Positions 9,131-17,482 of a stretch of DNA of 64,000 nt are shown here, one piece after another. Position 1 is the stretch's first letter, and each line of letters begins with the position of its first letter. Made by a program: the position numbers and the translations under genes. Source of the stretch: Thermodesulfobacteriota bacterium (GTDB lineage Bacteria; Desulfobacterota; Binatia; UBA9968; JAJDTQ01); contig OZ220712.1 in the NCBI GenBank assembly GCA_965116735.1, forward strand, positions 181,907-245,906, read 5' to 3'. Under the pieces are notes generated by a model. That model was not told the DNA's origin. It saw only the letters and a list, made by a program, of their open reading frames with translations, and ran no database searches.

Positions 9131-9300
9131 CGTCATTCCCGCGAAACAGCCTGTGCCAAACCCACTCCCTCTCCCTCCGGGAGAGGGTCGGGGTGAGGGA
9201 GTTCGGAGGGACAGGGTTGCCGGGGAGCCCTCACCCGACCTTCGGCCACCCTCTCCCAGAGGGAGAGGGTTTTGACACAGGCTGTTTCGCCGGAATGACG
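9131..9300. repeat. composite nested palindromic element (~170 bp)
   Basis: Outer arms cgtcattcccgcgaaacagcctgtg / cacaggctgtttcgccggaatgacg enclose two inverted family-C units (9167..9199, 9228..9269). Confidence 0.75.
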
Positions 9301-9328
9301 GATCTGACTAAGTGACGAAGGAGTGTCG

Positions 9329-10543
9329 ATGGATTTCAACCTGCAAGAAGACTCACCCGAGATGACCGAGTTCCGCAAGGAGGTCCGGGCCTGGATGGAA
9401 GAGAACATGAAGGGCTCGGAGCACCTGCGGTGGTCGGCGTCCTGGTCCACCCGTGAGGACGAGGAGGAGTACGGCTTCCGCCGCGGCCTGGGCGAGAAGC
9501 TGGGGAAGAAGGGCTGGCTGTTCCCGATGTTCCCGGAGGAGTACGGCGGCGCCGGCCTCACCGTCGACCACCAGTTCGTGCTGGAGACCGAGCTTTCGCG
9601 CTACGGCCTGAACCTCACCCACATCTTCTACACCCTGGCGCGCATCGTCGCGCCGGTGCTGCTCCACTGGGGCAGCGAGGAGCAGAAGCGCGAGTTCCTG
9701 CCGCCCATCGCCCGCGGCGAGATCGTGGTGTGGCAGGTCTTGACCGAGCCCCAGAGCGGCAGCGACGTGGCCAACTGCCAAACCCGGGCCATCCGCGACG
9801 GCGACGACTACGTCGTCAACGGGCAAAAGGTGATGGTGGGCCACCACCTCGCGCCGGACGCCCTGTGGACGCTGGTGTGCACCGACCCCGACGGCAAGCG
9901 CCACGAGAACCTGAGCTGGCTGCATATCCCGGCCAACCTGCCGGGCGTCACCATCCAGCATATGCACTTGATGATGGGCATCAAGAACGCGGTGTTCTTC
10001 GACAACGTGCGGGTGCCCGCCAAGTACCTCGTCGGCGGCGAGAACAACGGTTGGAAGGTAGCCCACACCCACCTGGAACTGGAGCATGGGGGCGACGGCC
10101 GGGTGGGCACCGACCCGGTGGTGGACCGGGTGGTGGAGTACTGCCGCAACCACGACGTGGGCGGCAAGCCGCTCATCGACGACCCGCACGTGCGCGACAT
10201 CATCGCCGACATGATCCTGGAGATCAACACGGTCAACCGCATGAACCGGCGCATCTTCTGGCACCGTTTCGTCAAGCAGCCGCACGCCTACGGCGGCGCC
10301 CAGTTCCGCTATTACCAGCGCATGGTCCGGCTCCGGAACGGCGAGCGGCTGCAGAAGATCATGGGCGCGGACGCGCTGATTCCGGACCACGGCGTGCACG
10401 AGGTGCTGGACTTCGAGTACGTTATCCGCAGCGGCCCGGGCCAGCTCCACGGCGGCGGCACCCTCGACACCGACCGGCTCATCTTCGCGCGCCGCGCCGG
10501 CATCGGCCGGGCGACCAAGGAGCAGGCGCCGGATACGGTGTAG
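9329..10543 (+). CDS. acyl-CoA dehydrogenase family protein
   Basis: ACAD N/M/C architecture. GAAGGAG RBS 7 nt before the ATG at 9329. Confidence 0.9.
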   Translation: MDFNLQEDSPEMTEFRKEVRAWMEENMKGSEHLRWSASWSTREDEEEYGFRRGLGEKLGKKGWLFPMFPEEYGGAGLTVDHQFVLETELSRYGLNLTHIFYTLARIVAPVLLHWGSEEQKREFLPPIARGEIVVWQVLTEPQSGSDVANCQTRAIRDGDDYVVNGQKVMVGHHLAPDALWTLVCTDPDGKRHENLSWLHIPANLPGVTIQHMHLMMGIKNAVFFDNVRVPAKYLVGGENNGWKVAHTHLELEHGGDGRVGTDPVVDRVVEYCRNHDVGGKPLIDDPHVRDIIADMILEINTVNRMNRRIFWHRFVKQPHAYGGAQFRYYQRMVRLRNGERLQKIMGADALIPDHGVHEVLDFEYVIRSGPGQLHGGGTLDTDRLIFARRAGIGRATKEQAPDTV

Positions 10544-10572
10544 GGTCCGTTGCCGGACGCCCACGGTGAAAT

Positions 10573-10644
10573 GTAGGGGCGGGTTTCAAACCCGCCCGCG
10601 TTCGCATCGCACGGTTCACGGGCGGGTTTGAAACCCGCCCCTAC
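10573..10644. repeat. REP family A, inverted pair (gtaggggcgggtttcaaacccgccc ... gggcgggtttgaaacccgcccctac)
   Basis: Two inverted copies around a 22-nt spacer, between the two ACAD genes. Confidence 0.85.
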
Positions 10645-10653
10645 GGAGAAATC

Positions 10654-11775
10654 ATGGACCTGAGACTCAACGAAGACCAGGAGATGTTCAAGAAGGTGGC
10701 CGGGGACTTCGTCCAGGCGGAGGCGCCGACCACCATGCTGACCCAGCAGTTCCTCAAGAAGGAGACCTTCCTGCCGGACCTCTACGCCAAGATCGCCGGG
10801 CTGGGCTGGCTCGGCATGCTCGTGCCCGAGCAGTACGGCGGCGCGGGGCTGTCCTATCTGGACTGCGGCGTGGTGTTCGAGGAATTGGGGCGCGGCCCGG
10901 TGCCGGGGCCGGTGTTCTCATCTGGCGTGCTGGCGGCACAGATCGTCCTCGACGGCGGCTCCGACGCCCAGAAGCAGGAACTGCTGCCGGCCATCTGCGG
11001 CGGCGAGGCCATCGTCATCCCGGCCATCGGCGACCACGGCGCCCACTGGGGGCCGGAGACGGTGGCCACCACGTGCTCGCAATCAGGCGACACCCTGACC
11101 CTCCAGGGCACCAAGCGCCACGTCTACGACGCCGAGGGCGCCACCGCCTTCCTGTGCGCGGTGCGCGGGGGCGACGGCCGGGTCTCGGTGGTGCTGGTGG
11201 ACCGGAACGCGCCGGGGGTGACGGTGACGCCGCACACGGGCTACATGGTATCGGTGAGCGAGGTTTCCTTCGACGGCGTCGAGGTGCCGGCCGCCAACCT
11301 CATCGGCGCGGCGGGCGCAGGTTGGGACCTGTTGGACAAGGCCGCCGAGCGGGCCATCCCGCTGCTGTGCGCCTACAAGGTGGGGGCGTGCCAGGAGATC
11401 TACGAGTTCACCGTCGCGTACACCAACGAGCGCCGCGCCTTCGGCCAGCTCATCGGCCGGTTCCAGCGGGTGCAGGACCACTGCGTGGAGCTCTCGATCC
11501 ACATGGACCGGGCGCGCATGGCCACCTACGAGACCCTGTGGGAAGTCGACGAGGGGCTCCCGGCCGAGGCCGGCATCCACGAGTCGAAGGCCGCGGCCAG
11601 CGAGGGCTACCACCAGGCGTGCAGCTACTCGCACATGGTGCACGCGGGACCGGGCACGGACTACCTGCACCCGCTCATGGTGCACAGCGTGCTGGCGCAC
11701 ACGCTCTACCAGTACCTGGGCACGCCCGACTATCACAAGCGCCGGATGGTCGACGCGCTGTATCCGCGAACGTAG
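10654..11775 (+). CDS. acyl-CoA dehydrogenase family protein
   Basis: 373-aa ACAD-like ORF directly after the first ACAD. Confidence 0.9.
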   Translation: MDLRLNEDQEMFKKVAGDFVQAEAPTTMLTQQFLKKETFLPDLYAKIAGLGWLGMLVPEQYGGAGLSYLDCGVVFEELGRGPVPGPVFSSGVLAAQIVLDGGSDAQKQELLPAICGGEAIVIPAIGDHGAHWGPETVATTCSQSGDTLTLQGTKRHVYDAEGATAFLCAVRGGDGRVSVVLVDRNAPGVTVTPHTGYMVSVSEVSFDGVEVPAANLIGAAGAGWDLLDKAAERAIPLLCAYKVGACQEIYEFTVAYTNERRAFGQLIGRFQRVQDHCVELSIHMDRARMATYETLWEVDEGLPAEAGIHESKAAASEGYHQACSYSHMVHAGPGTDYLHPLMVHSVLAHTLYQYLGTPDYHKRRMVDALYPRT

Positions 11776-11807
11776 GAGGCCGGCCGAGAAATCAGACTGT
11801 CCCGAGG

Positions 11808-11835
11808 GTAGGGGCGACCGGCCGGTCGCCCCTGC
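11808..11835. repeat. REP family B (gtaggggcgaccggccggtcgcccctgc)
   Basis: GC hairpin read directly. Confidence 0.8.
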
Positions 11836-11966
11836 GGGAGTCCGTGATCGCGTGGGCTTCCAGGGAGTTTCGCAACGGGAAGAAGCGAGCAAATAAAGGG
11901 GTTTAGTGGCCTTTATTTCATGTAGCAGGCCACCATCCGTGAGACCCACGGAGAAAGGAATCCGCC

Positions 11967-13016
11967 ATGAGACACATGCGCTTTGCGGTCGCCGCTTTGT
12001 TCGTACTGTTCCTTGCCGGCAACGTTGCCGCGCAGGACGTCAACTTCAAGGGCAAGACCGTCAACCTCATCGTCGGCACCGGGGCCGGCGGCGGCTACGA
12101 CATCATCGCCCGCCTGTTCGCCAAGGTGGCCCCCAAGCACTTGCCGGGCAGTCCCCGGTTCATCGTACGCAACGTTCCCGGCGGCGCCGGCCTCAAGGGA
12201 ACTCAGTACATCAACCGCCGAAAGCCCGACGGCCTCACGGTGGGTCCGCATTTCACCAGCCTGGTCATGAAGGAGCTGGCAGGGGTGGACGTGCCGGGCT
12301 TCGACGTGAAGGAACTCATCATCCTGGGCGCGCCCACACTGGTGGACGACAACTACACCATCTGCGCCGACCGCAACAAGGTGAAGTCCTGGGAGGACAT
12401 GCTCAAGATGGGCCGGCCGCTGCGGATGGCGTCGCAAAGGCCCGGCATCGGCCGGGTTCCCATGGGCGGCGAGTTCGTGCAGCTCGTGGGCGGTCCCATG
12501 AAGCTCATCTACGGCTACAAGTCGACCGCGGAGGAGCTGGCCGCTTTCGCCCGCGGCGAGACCGAGGTCGTGACCTGCCTCGAGCGCCGGTTGCCGCGGA
12601 TGTACCCGGAGTTGATCGAGAAGAAGCGGTTGCTGCCGATCTTCTGGTGGAATGCGCCCCCCAGCGAAGGGTGGCTCGCGCGGATGGAAGCCAAGATGCC
12701 GCGCAACATTCTCAAGCTGCCCGGTCTCAAGATCAGCGATGCCCAGAAGTTGGCGTTCAACACGGCCGTGAACATTCACCAGTCCCTGCGCGCTTTCATG
12801 CTGCCGCCGAGGACGCCCCAACCCATCGTGGACGTCTGGCGCAAGGCGTTCAAGGCGACCATCGAGGACCCGGAGTTCGTGAAGATCGCCACCGTCGCCG
12901 GCTACGACGTGGGCTACGGTTCTCCGGAGCACTACGAGAAACAGCTCGCCACCATCAAGGACCTGCCCCCGGACGGCGCGCTGTTCTTCCAGAAGCTGAT
13001 GGGCGAGAAGCGCTAG
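11967..13016 (+). CDS. tctC: tripartite tricarboxylate transporter substrate-binding protein (Bug/TctC family)
   Basis: Signal peptide MRHMRFAVAALFVLFLAGNVAAQ, then ..GTGAGGGYD.. and ..NVPGGAG.. motifs. Confidence 0.9.
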   Translation: MRHMRFAVAALFVLFLAGNVAAQDVNFKGKTVNLIVGTGAGGGYDIIARLFAKVAPKHLPGSPRFIVRNVPGGAGLKGTQYINRRKPDGLTVGPHFTSLVMKELAGVDVPGFDVKELIILGAPTLVDDNYTICADRNKVKSWEDMLKMGRPLRMASQRPGIGRVPMGGEFVQLVGGPMKLIYGYKSTAEELAAFARGETEVVTCLERRLPRMYPELIEKKRLLPIFWWNAPPSEGWLARMEAKMPRNILKLPGLKISDAQKLAFNTAVNIHQSLRAFMLPPRTPQPIVDVWRKAFKATIEDPEFVKIATVAGYDVGYGSPEHYEKQLATIKDLPPDGALFFQKLMGEKR

Positions 13017-13047
13017 GCGTCCGTCCGGGTGACTCGCGTGAAATGAC

Positions 13048-13074
13048 GTAGGGGCGACCGGCGGTCGCCCTTGC
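13048..13074. repeat. REP family B
   Basis: gtaggggcgaccggcggtcgcccttgc. Confidence 0.8.
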
Positions 13075-13149
13075 AGGGTTCCACCGCAGCGTAGGCCGCC
13101 AGTGTTCCGGAACCGGGTTCCGGAACACTGGTTCGTCGCCGGGGCCTTC

Positions 13150-15249
13150 ATGCTCGAAGCTTCCATCGATGCCTTCTTCCACCTGTTCTCGCCGGGGCCG
13201 GTCCTGGCCATGCTCCTGGTGCTGCCGGTGGCGCTGTTCTCCGGGCTCATGCCCGGAGGCGGCCTGCCGGTGTCCGTGGTGGTCCTGAGCCTCGCGGTCC
13301 ACCTCGACCCCTGGGTCGCCATCACCATCGTGGTGTTCCACATGGCGGCCAGCGACATCACCGAGCCCATCCCCGCCATCCTGTTCGGCGTTCCCGGCGC
13401 CCGCTCCGCCCAGGCCACGGTGCTGGACGGCTATCCCATGGCCCAGAAGGGCCTGGCCGGGGTCGCCCTTGGCGCCAGCTACACCACCACCATCGTGGGC
13501 GGCGTCATCGGCGCCATCGCGCTGCTGCTGGCGCTGCCGGTGAGCCGCCAGCTCCTGGAATGGTTCGGCTCGGCGGAGTTCTTCCTGCTGACGCTCATGG
13601 GGGTGCTCGCCGTGGCCGTGGTGAGCGCCGGGGCGTTCGTCAAGGGTATCCTCACCGCGGCTTTCGGCATCGCCATCGCCATGGTGGGCTACGCCGACCT
13701 GGGCGGCAACGTACGCGCCGCCATGGGGTTCGACTTCTACCTCTGGGACGGCTTCACGCTGGTGCCGGTGGTGGTGGGGCTGTTCGCCCTGCCCGAGGCA
13801 ATCGCCTTGGTGGTGGGGGACACCACCATCGCCCGGGAACGGCTGGACACGCTGCTCCGGGAGGCCAAGTCCGACGTGTGGCGGGGCATGGTGGAGGCCT
13901 GGAGCCACAAGTGGCTGATGATCCGCTCGTCGCTCATCGGCGTGTTCGTCGGCATCATGCCCGGGGTGGGCGGCAGCGCCGCCCACTGGATCGCCTACGC
14001 CCAGGCGCGCCAGACCGAGCCGGGCGGCACCGAGACCTTCGGCAAGGGCGACGTGCGCGGGGTCATCGCCTCCGACGCCGCCAACAACTCGGTGGACGGC
14101 GGCGTCCTCATCCCCACCGTGGTGTTCGGCATCCCCGGCAGCGGCGGCATGGCCATCGTGCTGGCCATCCTCATCCTCACCGGGATCACGCCGGGGCCGC
14201 TCATGCTCACGCGGCACCTCGACCTCACCGTGAGCATGGTCTACACCATCGCCTTCGCCAACCTGGTCGTCGTGCCCATCATGCTGTACTTCGCCCCGAC
14301 CCTGTGCCGCATCTCGGTGGTCCCGCCCAACATCCTGGCGCCCATCGTGGTGGCCATCGTCTCGCTGGCGGCGCTGGCGGCCGCCGGCAACCTGGGCGAT
14401 CTGGGGGCGGTGCTGGCCTTCGGCCTGCTGGGCGTCTTCATGAAGCGCTACGGCTGGCCGCGTCCGCCGATCCTCATCGCCGTGGCGCTGGCCGACATCC
14501 TGGAGCGCTTCCTTTGGATCTCGGTCAGCAACTACGGCTGGGGCATGCTCCTGCGGCCCCAGTTCCTGGCCATCCTGGCATTCATGGTCGCGGTGACGCT
14601 CTTCAGCCTGCGCGCCCAGCGCGGCGCCCGGCAGGCGATGATGTCCATGACCGAGGATGAGGAGTCGGAGGCGGTGGAGGATGTGGTCGTGCGGGACACC
14701 GTGGCGGAAACACCGGCAGCCGCCGACAAGGCAGGGGAGAGTTCCCCCAGGCGCCGGTTCACTCTCGAAGTCGCCGGAGAAATCTTCCTTTTGGTGCTGG
14801 TGGGCGCGTTCTTCCTCTACATGTTCATCGATTCCTTCAGTTATCCGGAAGGCGCGGACCTGATGCCGAGGCTCGCGGTGCTGGTGGGGACGCCGTTCTG
14901 GCTCATCCGGGTGTGGACGCTGTTGCGAGGCACCCCGGAGAAGCGCATCGAGGAAGGCGACATCATGGACACCGGCTTCATCCTCGGCGACGATCCCAAG
15001 ACCGAAAGCCAGCGCTTCGTGCGCATCTTCGGCTTCACCGCGCTGATGTACGTGGCCATCTGGTTCATCGGCGTTCACGTGGCACTGCCGGGCATGCTCT
15101 TCCTCTATCTGATGTACTACGGCAAGGCCGGCTGGCTGGGCTCCGCCGGCGTCGCCCTGGCGTTCCTGGTGCTGATCGTGGGCTTCTACGACTTCAGCCT
15201 CCACATCGTCTGGCCCGAAGCCATCTTCCCCCTCTGGCCCACAGGGTAG
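13150..15249 (+). CDS. tctA: TTT permease, TctA fused to a C-terminal TctB-like 4-TM domain
   Basis: ~500-aa TctA body, an acidic linker (..MTEDEESEAVEDVV..) and a ~190-aa TctB-like hydrophobic tail in one uninterrupted frame. Confidence 0.85.
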   Translation: MLEASIDAFFHLFSPGPVLAMLLVLPVALFSGLMPGGGLPVSVVVLSLAVHLDPWVAITIVVFHMAASDITEPIPAILFGVPGARSAQATVLDGYPMAQKGLAGVALGASYTTTIVGGVIGAIALLLALPVSRQLLEWFGSAEFFLLTLMGVLAVAVVSAGAFVKGILTAAFGIAIAMVGYADLGGNVRAAMGFDFYLWDGFTLVPVVVGLFALPEAIALVVGDTTIARERLDTLLREAKSDVWRGMVEAWSHKWLMIRSSLIGVFVGIMPGVGGSAAHWIAYAQARQTEPGGTETFGKGDVRGVIASDAANNSVDGGVLIPTVVFGIPGSGGMAIVLAILILTGITPGPLMLTRHLDLTVSMVYTIAFANLVVVPIMLYFAPTLCRISVVPPNILAPIVVAIVSLAALAAAGNLGDLGAVLAFGLLGVFMKRYGWPRPPILIAVALADILERFLWISVSNYGWGMLLRPQFLAILAFMVAVTLFSLRAQRGARQAMMSMTEDEESEAVEDVVVRDTVAETPAAADKAGESSPRRRFTLEVAGEIFLLVLVGAFFLYMFIDSFSYPEGADLMPRLAVLVGTPFWLIRVWTLLRGTPEKRIEEGDIMDTGFILGDDPKTESQRFVRIFGFTALMYVAIWFIGVHVALPGMLFLYLMYYGKAGWLGSAGVALAFLVLIVGFYDFSLHIVWPEAIFPLWPTG

Positions 15250-15295
15250 CCCTTCGCCGCTAGAAGCCGGGGAGCGTCGCAGACCACCGCCGCCC

Positions 15296-15371
15296 CCGGA
15301 TAGCGGGGCCAGCCCCCGGGAAGCCGGAGGGCGGACCCAACGTCTTCCCGGGGGCTGGCCCCGCTATCCGG
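15296..15371. repeat. perfect 28-bp inverted repeat with 20-nt loop (possible bidirectional terminator or REP)
   Basis: ccggatagcggggccagcccccgggaag / cttcccgggggctggccccgctatccgg, between convergent genes. Confidence 0.8.
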
Positions 15372-15420
15372 CCCCCCTGCCTCTACAACTTCAACGGTAA
15401 CCCGACGCCCCCGTCCCAAT

Positions 15421-15450
15421 GTCGGACTACGCTTCGCCAATCCGACCTAC
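15421..15450. repeat. REP family F (gtcggactacgcttcgccaatccgacctac)
   Basis: Same unit as the inverted pair at 42260..42343. Confidence 0.75.
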
Positions 15451-15452
15451 AG

Positions 15453-16451
15453 CTACAGCTTCAACAGCCGCCGCGCATTCCCCTCCAGGATCGCCAGCTT
15501 CTCTTCGTCCGGGCAGTCCAGCGCCTCCACCTTCTCCACCGCGTTCCAGTCGCCCAGCGGATAGGGGTAGTCTGTCCCGACCATCAGGTGCTCCCACCCC
15601 AGCAGGCTCTTGAGATACTCCAGCGTGTCCACCCGGTACACCAGCGCGTCGGAGTACAGGTTCTTCAGGTAGGCGCTGGGCCTCTCTTGCGCCTCCGCGT
15701 CCGCCGCCCCTGGCCGCACCCCGAAGCCCTGGTCGAACCGCCCCAGGTGGTAGGGGAAGAAGCCGCCGCCGTGCAGTGTGCAGAGCTTCAGGTCGGGGAA
15801 CCGGTCGAACACGCCGCTGTAGGTCATGAACCCCAGCGACAGGGCCGTGTCCGCGGGGTTGCCGCAGATCAGGAACAGCCCGTAGGTGCCCATGCGCTCC
15901 AGCCCCGCGATATCCTCCGGGTGCATGACGATGAGCGCATCCAGTTCCTGCGCCTTGCCCCAGAAGGCATCGAACTCGTGGCTCCGGTAGTACTCGCCGT
16001 TGACGTTGGTGCCGATGTAGGCGCCAGCCAGCTTGTGCTCCAGAATCCCACGTTCCAGTACTCGGGCGGCCCGCTTGGGGTCCTGTAGCGGCACTGCCGC
16101 CAGCGCCGTGAAACGGTCCGGGTGCCGCGTCCGCAGCTCCATAAGCCCTTCGTTGTAGAGGTTGCACCAAGCTTCACCCTGCTCCGGGTTGAGCCGGTAG
16201 CCGAGGCAGGCCGTATGGGGCTCCAGCGTCGCCAGGGCGATCTTGCCCTTGTCCATGTTCTCCAGCCGCTTCTCCACGTCCATGAGCGGCGGCGGCACCA
16301 CGAAGCTCGGCCCGCCGCCGATGGTGAGGGTGTTGAGGCGCTCCGGGGTCCGGCCCACCTCCGTGCCGACGGCCTTGCCGTGAGCCTCCAACTCCTCGAT
16401 CAGGCCGGGGGGCATGTAGTGGTGGTGAATGTCGATGGCGCAGGTGTGCAT
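15453..16451 (-). CDS. amidohydrolase, Amidohydro_2 (ACMSD/decarboxylase-hydratase type)
   Basis: MHTCAIDIHHHY.. metal motif. Only the 3' 333 codons of ORF 15453..17501 are used. Confidence 0.85.
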   Translation of the reverse strand: MHTCAIDIHHHYMPPGLIEELEAHGKAVGTEVGRTPERLNTLTIGGGPSFVVPPPLMDVEKRLENMDKGKIALATLEPHTACLGYRLNPEQGEAWCNLYNEGLMELRTRHPDRFTALAAVPLQDPKRAARVLERGILEHKLAGAYIGTNVNGEYYRSHEFDAFWGKAQELDALIVMHPEDIAGLERMGTYGLFLICGNPADTALSLGFMTYSGVFDRFPDLKLCTLHGGGFFPYHLGRFDQGFGVRPGAADAEAQERPSAYLKNLYSDALVYRVDTLEYLKSLLGWEHLMVGTDYPYPLGDWNAVEKVEALDCPDEEKLAILEGNARRLLKL

Positions 16452-16556
16452 GCACAAGTCTCCTTCATTGGGCGCGAGTTGGTCCGGGAATTGTTCCATC
16501 ATCCGAGCCCGTATGCTAGTCTCCCCGAAGCATCCCATTCGGAGGTCTGAGTCATC

Positions 16557-17423
16557 ATGTCGCGCAAGATCAGAGTCACAAGTGAAGGAACCGTGTGGAC
16601 GTTGCCCTGGGACGTGGGCGTGGAAAAGGGCTTCATGGCCGCCGAAGGCATCGACGCCGAGGTGGTGACACCCGACTCCCAGCTCCAGCCCGCGGACGTG
16701 TTCGAGCGCCCCATCGCCTCTGACTACGAGTGCGGCGACCTGGAAGGCTACAACAAGTGCGAGTGGGGCGTGATCAAGCGCGCGGCCGACGGCGAGCGCG
16801 ACGGCTGGATCTTGGGGCGGCGCGAGAGCGTGGCCACCATGGCCATCATCGTGCGCGGCGACTCGTCCTACCACCGGCTCGACGACTTGGCGGACGTACC
16901 CATCTCCATCCAGGACCAGACCGGCTCCCACTACATGACCTACAAGATGCTGGAAGGCCACGTCGACAAGGACAGGGTTGAGTTGCGCCACGACGGCGGA
17001 CCGGGCATCCGCACCCGCTTGCTGCTGAACGGCGAGGTGGAGGCGGCGACCTTGATGGAACCGTTCATCAGCCTGGCCGAGAAACGCGGCTGCCGCGTGC
17101 TGGCCGAGTCCAAGTACTGGGGGCTGCTGTTCGTCAACAGCGACGACGCCGAGGACACCCGCGAAGCGATCTTCCGCGCGCTGCGGCGTTGCGTGGACGA
17201 GATCAACTCGGACCTCAAGAAGCACGCCAGGCTGCTGCTGCGCGACATCCCCGAAGACCTGATCGGCGATTTCAAGTTCGAGGACCTGAACCTCAACCGG
17301 CTCGACTACGTCTACCCCGAGGACTACACCGAAGAGGAGTTCAACCGCGCACGCAACTGGATGGCCGGCTACGGCCTCAGACCCGACTCCCAGGCCAGCT
17401 ACTCGGACCTGGTAAAGCTGTAG
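16557..17423 (+). CDS. PBP2-fold (NMT1/THI5 / NitT-TauT SBP-like) protein without signal peptide
   Basis: 288-aa ORF, divergent from the amidohydrolase. No N-terminal hydrophobic leader. Confidence 0.65.
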   Translation: MSRKIRVTSEGTVWTLPWDVGVEKGFMAAEGIDAEVVTPDSQLQPADVFERPIASDYECGDLEGYNKCEWGVIKRAADGERDGWILGRRESVATMAIIVRGDSSYHRLDDLADVPISIQDQTGSHYMTYKMLEGHVDKDRVELRHDGGPGIRTRLLLNGEVEAATLMEPFISLAEKRGCRVLAESKYWGLLFVNSDDAEDTREAIFRALRRCVDEINSDLKKHARLLLRDIPEDLIGDFKFEDLNLNRLDYVYPEDYTEEEFNRARNWMAGYGLRPDSQASYSDLVKL

Positions 17424-17446
17424 CCACCACGGCGTCAGAGAATGAA

Positions 17447-17479
17447 GAAAGCCCCTCCAACAAGGAGGGGCTTTCTTTT
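17447..17479 (+). terminator. rho-independent terminator (12-bp perfect stem, 5-nt loop, TTTT)
   Basis: gaaagcccctcc-aacaa-ggaggggctttc-tttt, 24 nt after the stop at 17423. Confidence 0.65.
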
Positions 17480-17482
17480 GCC

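Noticed and set aside
10573-10644. Possibility that the recurring palindromes form a CRISPR array
   Set aside because: The copies are dispersed singly or as inverted pairs in different intergenic regions. There is no regular repeat-spacer periodicity, the units are palindromic in opposite orientations, and no cas genes are present.
11891-11918. AT-rich hairpin aaataaagg-N10-cctttattt upstream of tctC as a terminator or regulatory element
   Set aside because: It is a weak AT-only 9-bp stem with a 10-nt loop. It could be chance in the only AT-rich spot of this spacer, and I have no supporting evidence.
12955-15204. 749-aa minus-strand ORF
   Set aside because: Shadow ORF opposite the tctA::tctB gene, with an HRD/G-rich junk translation and no RBS.
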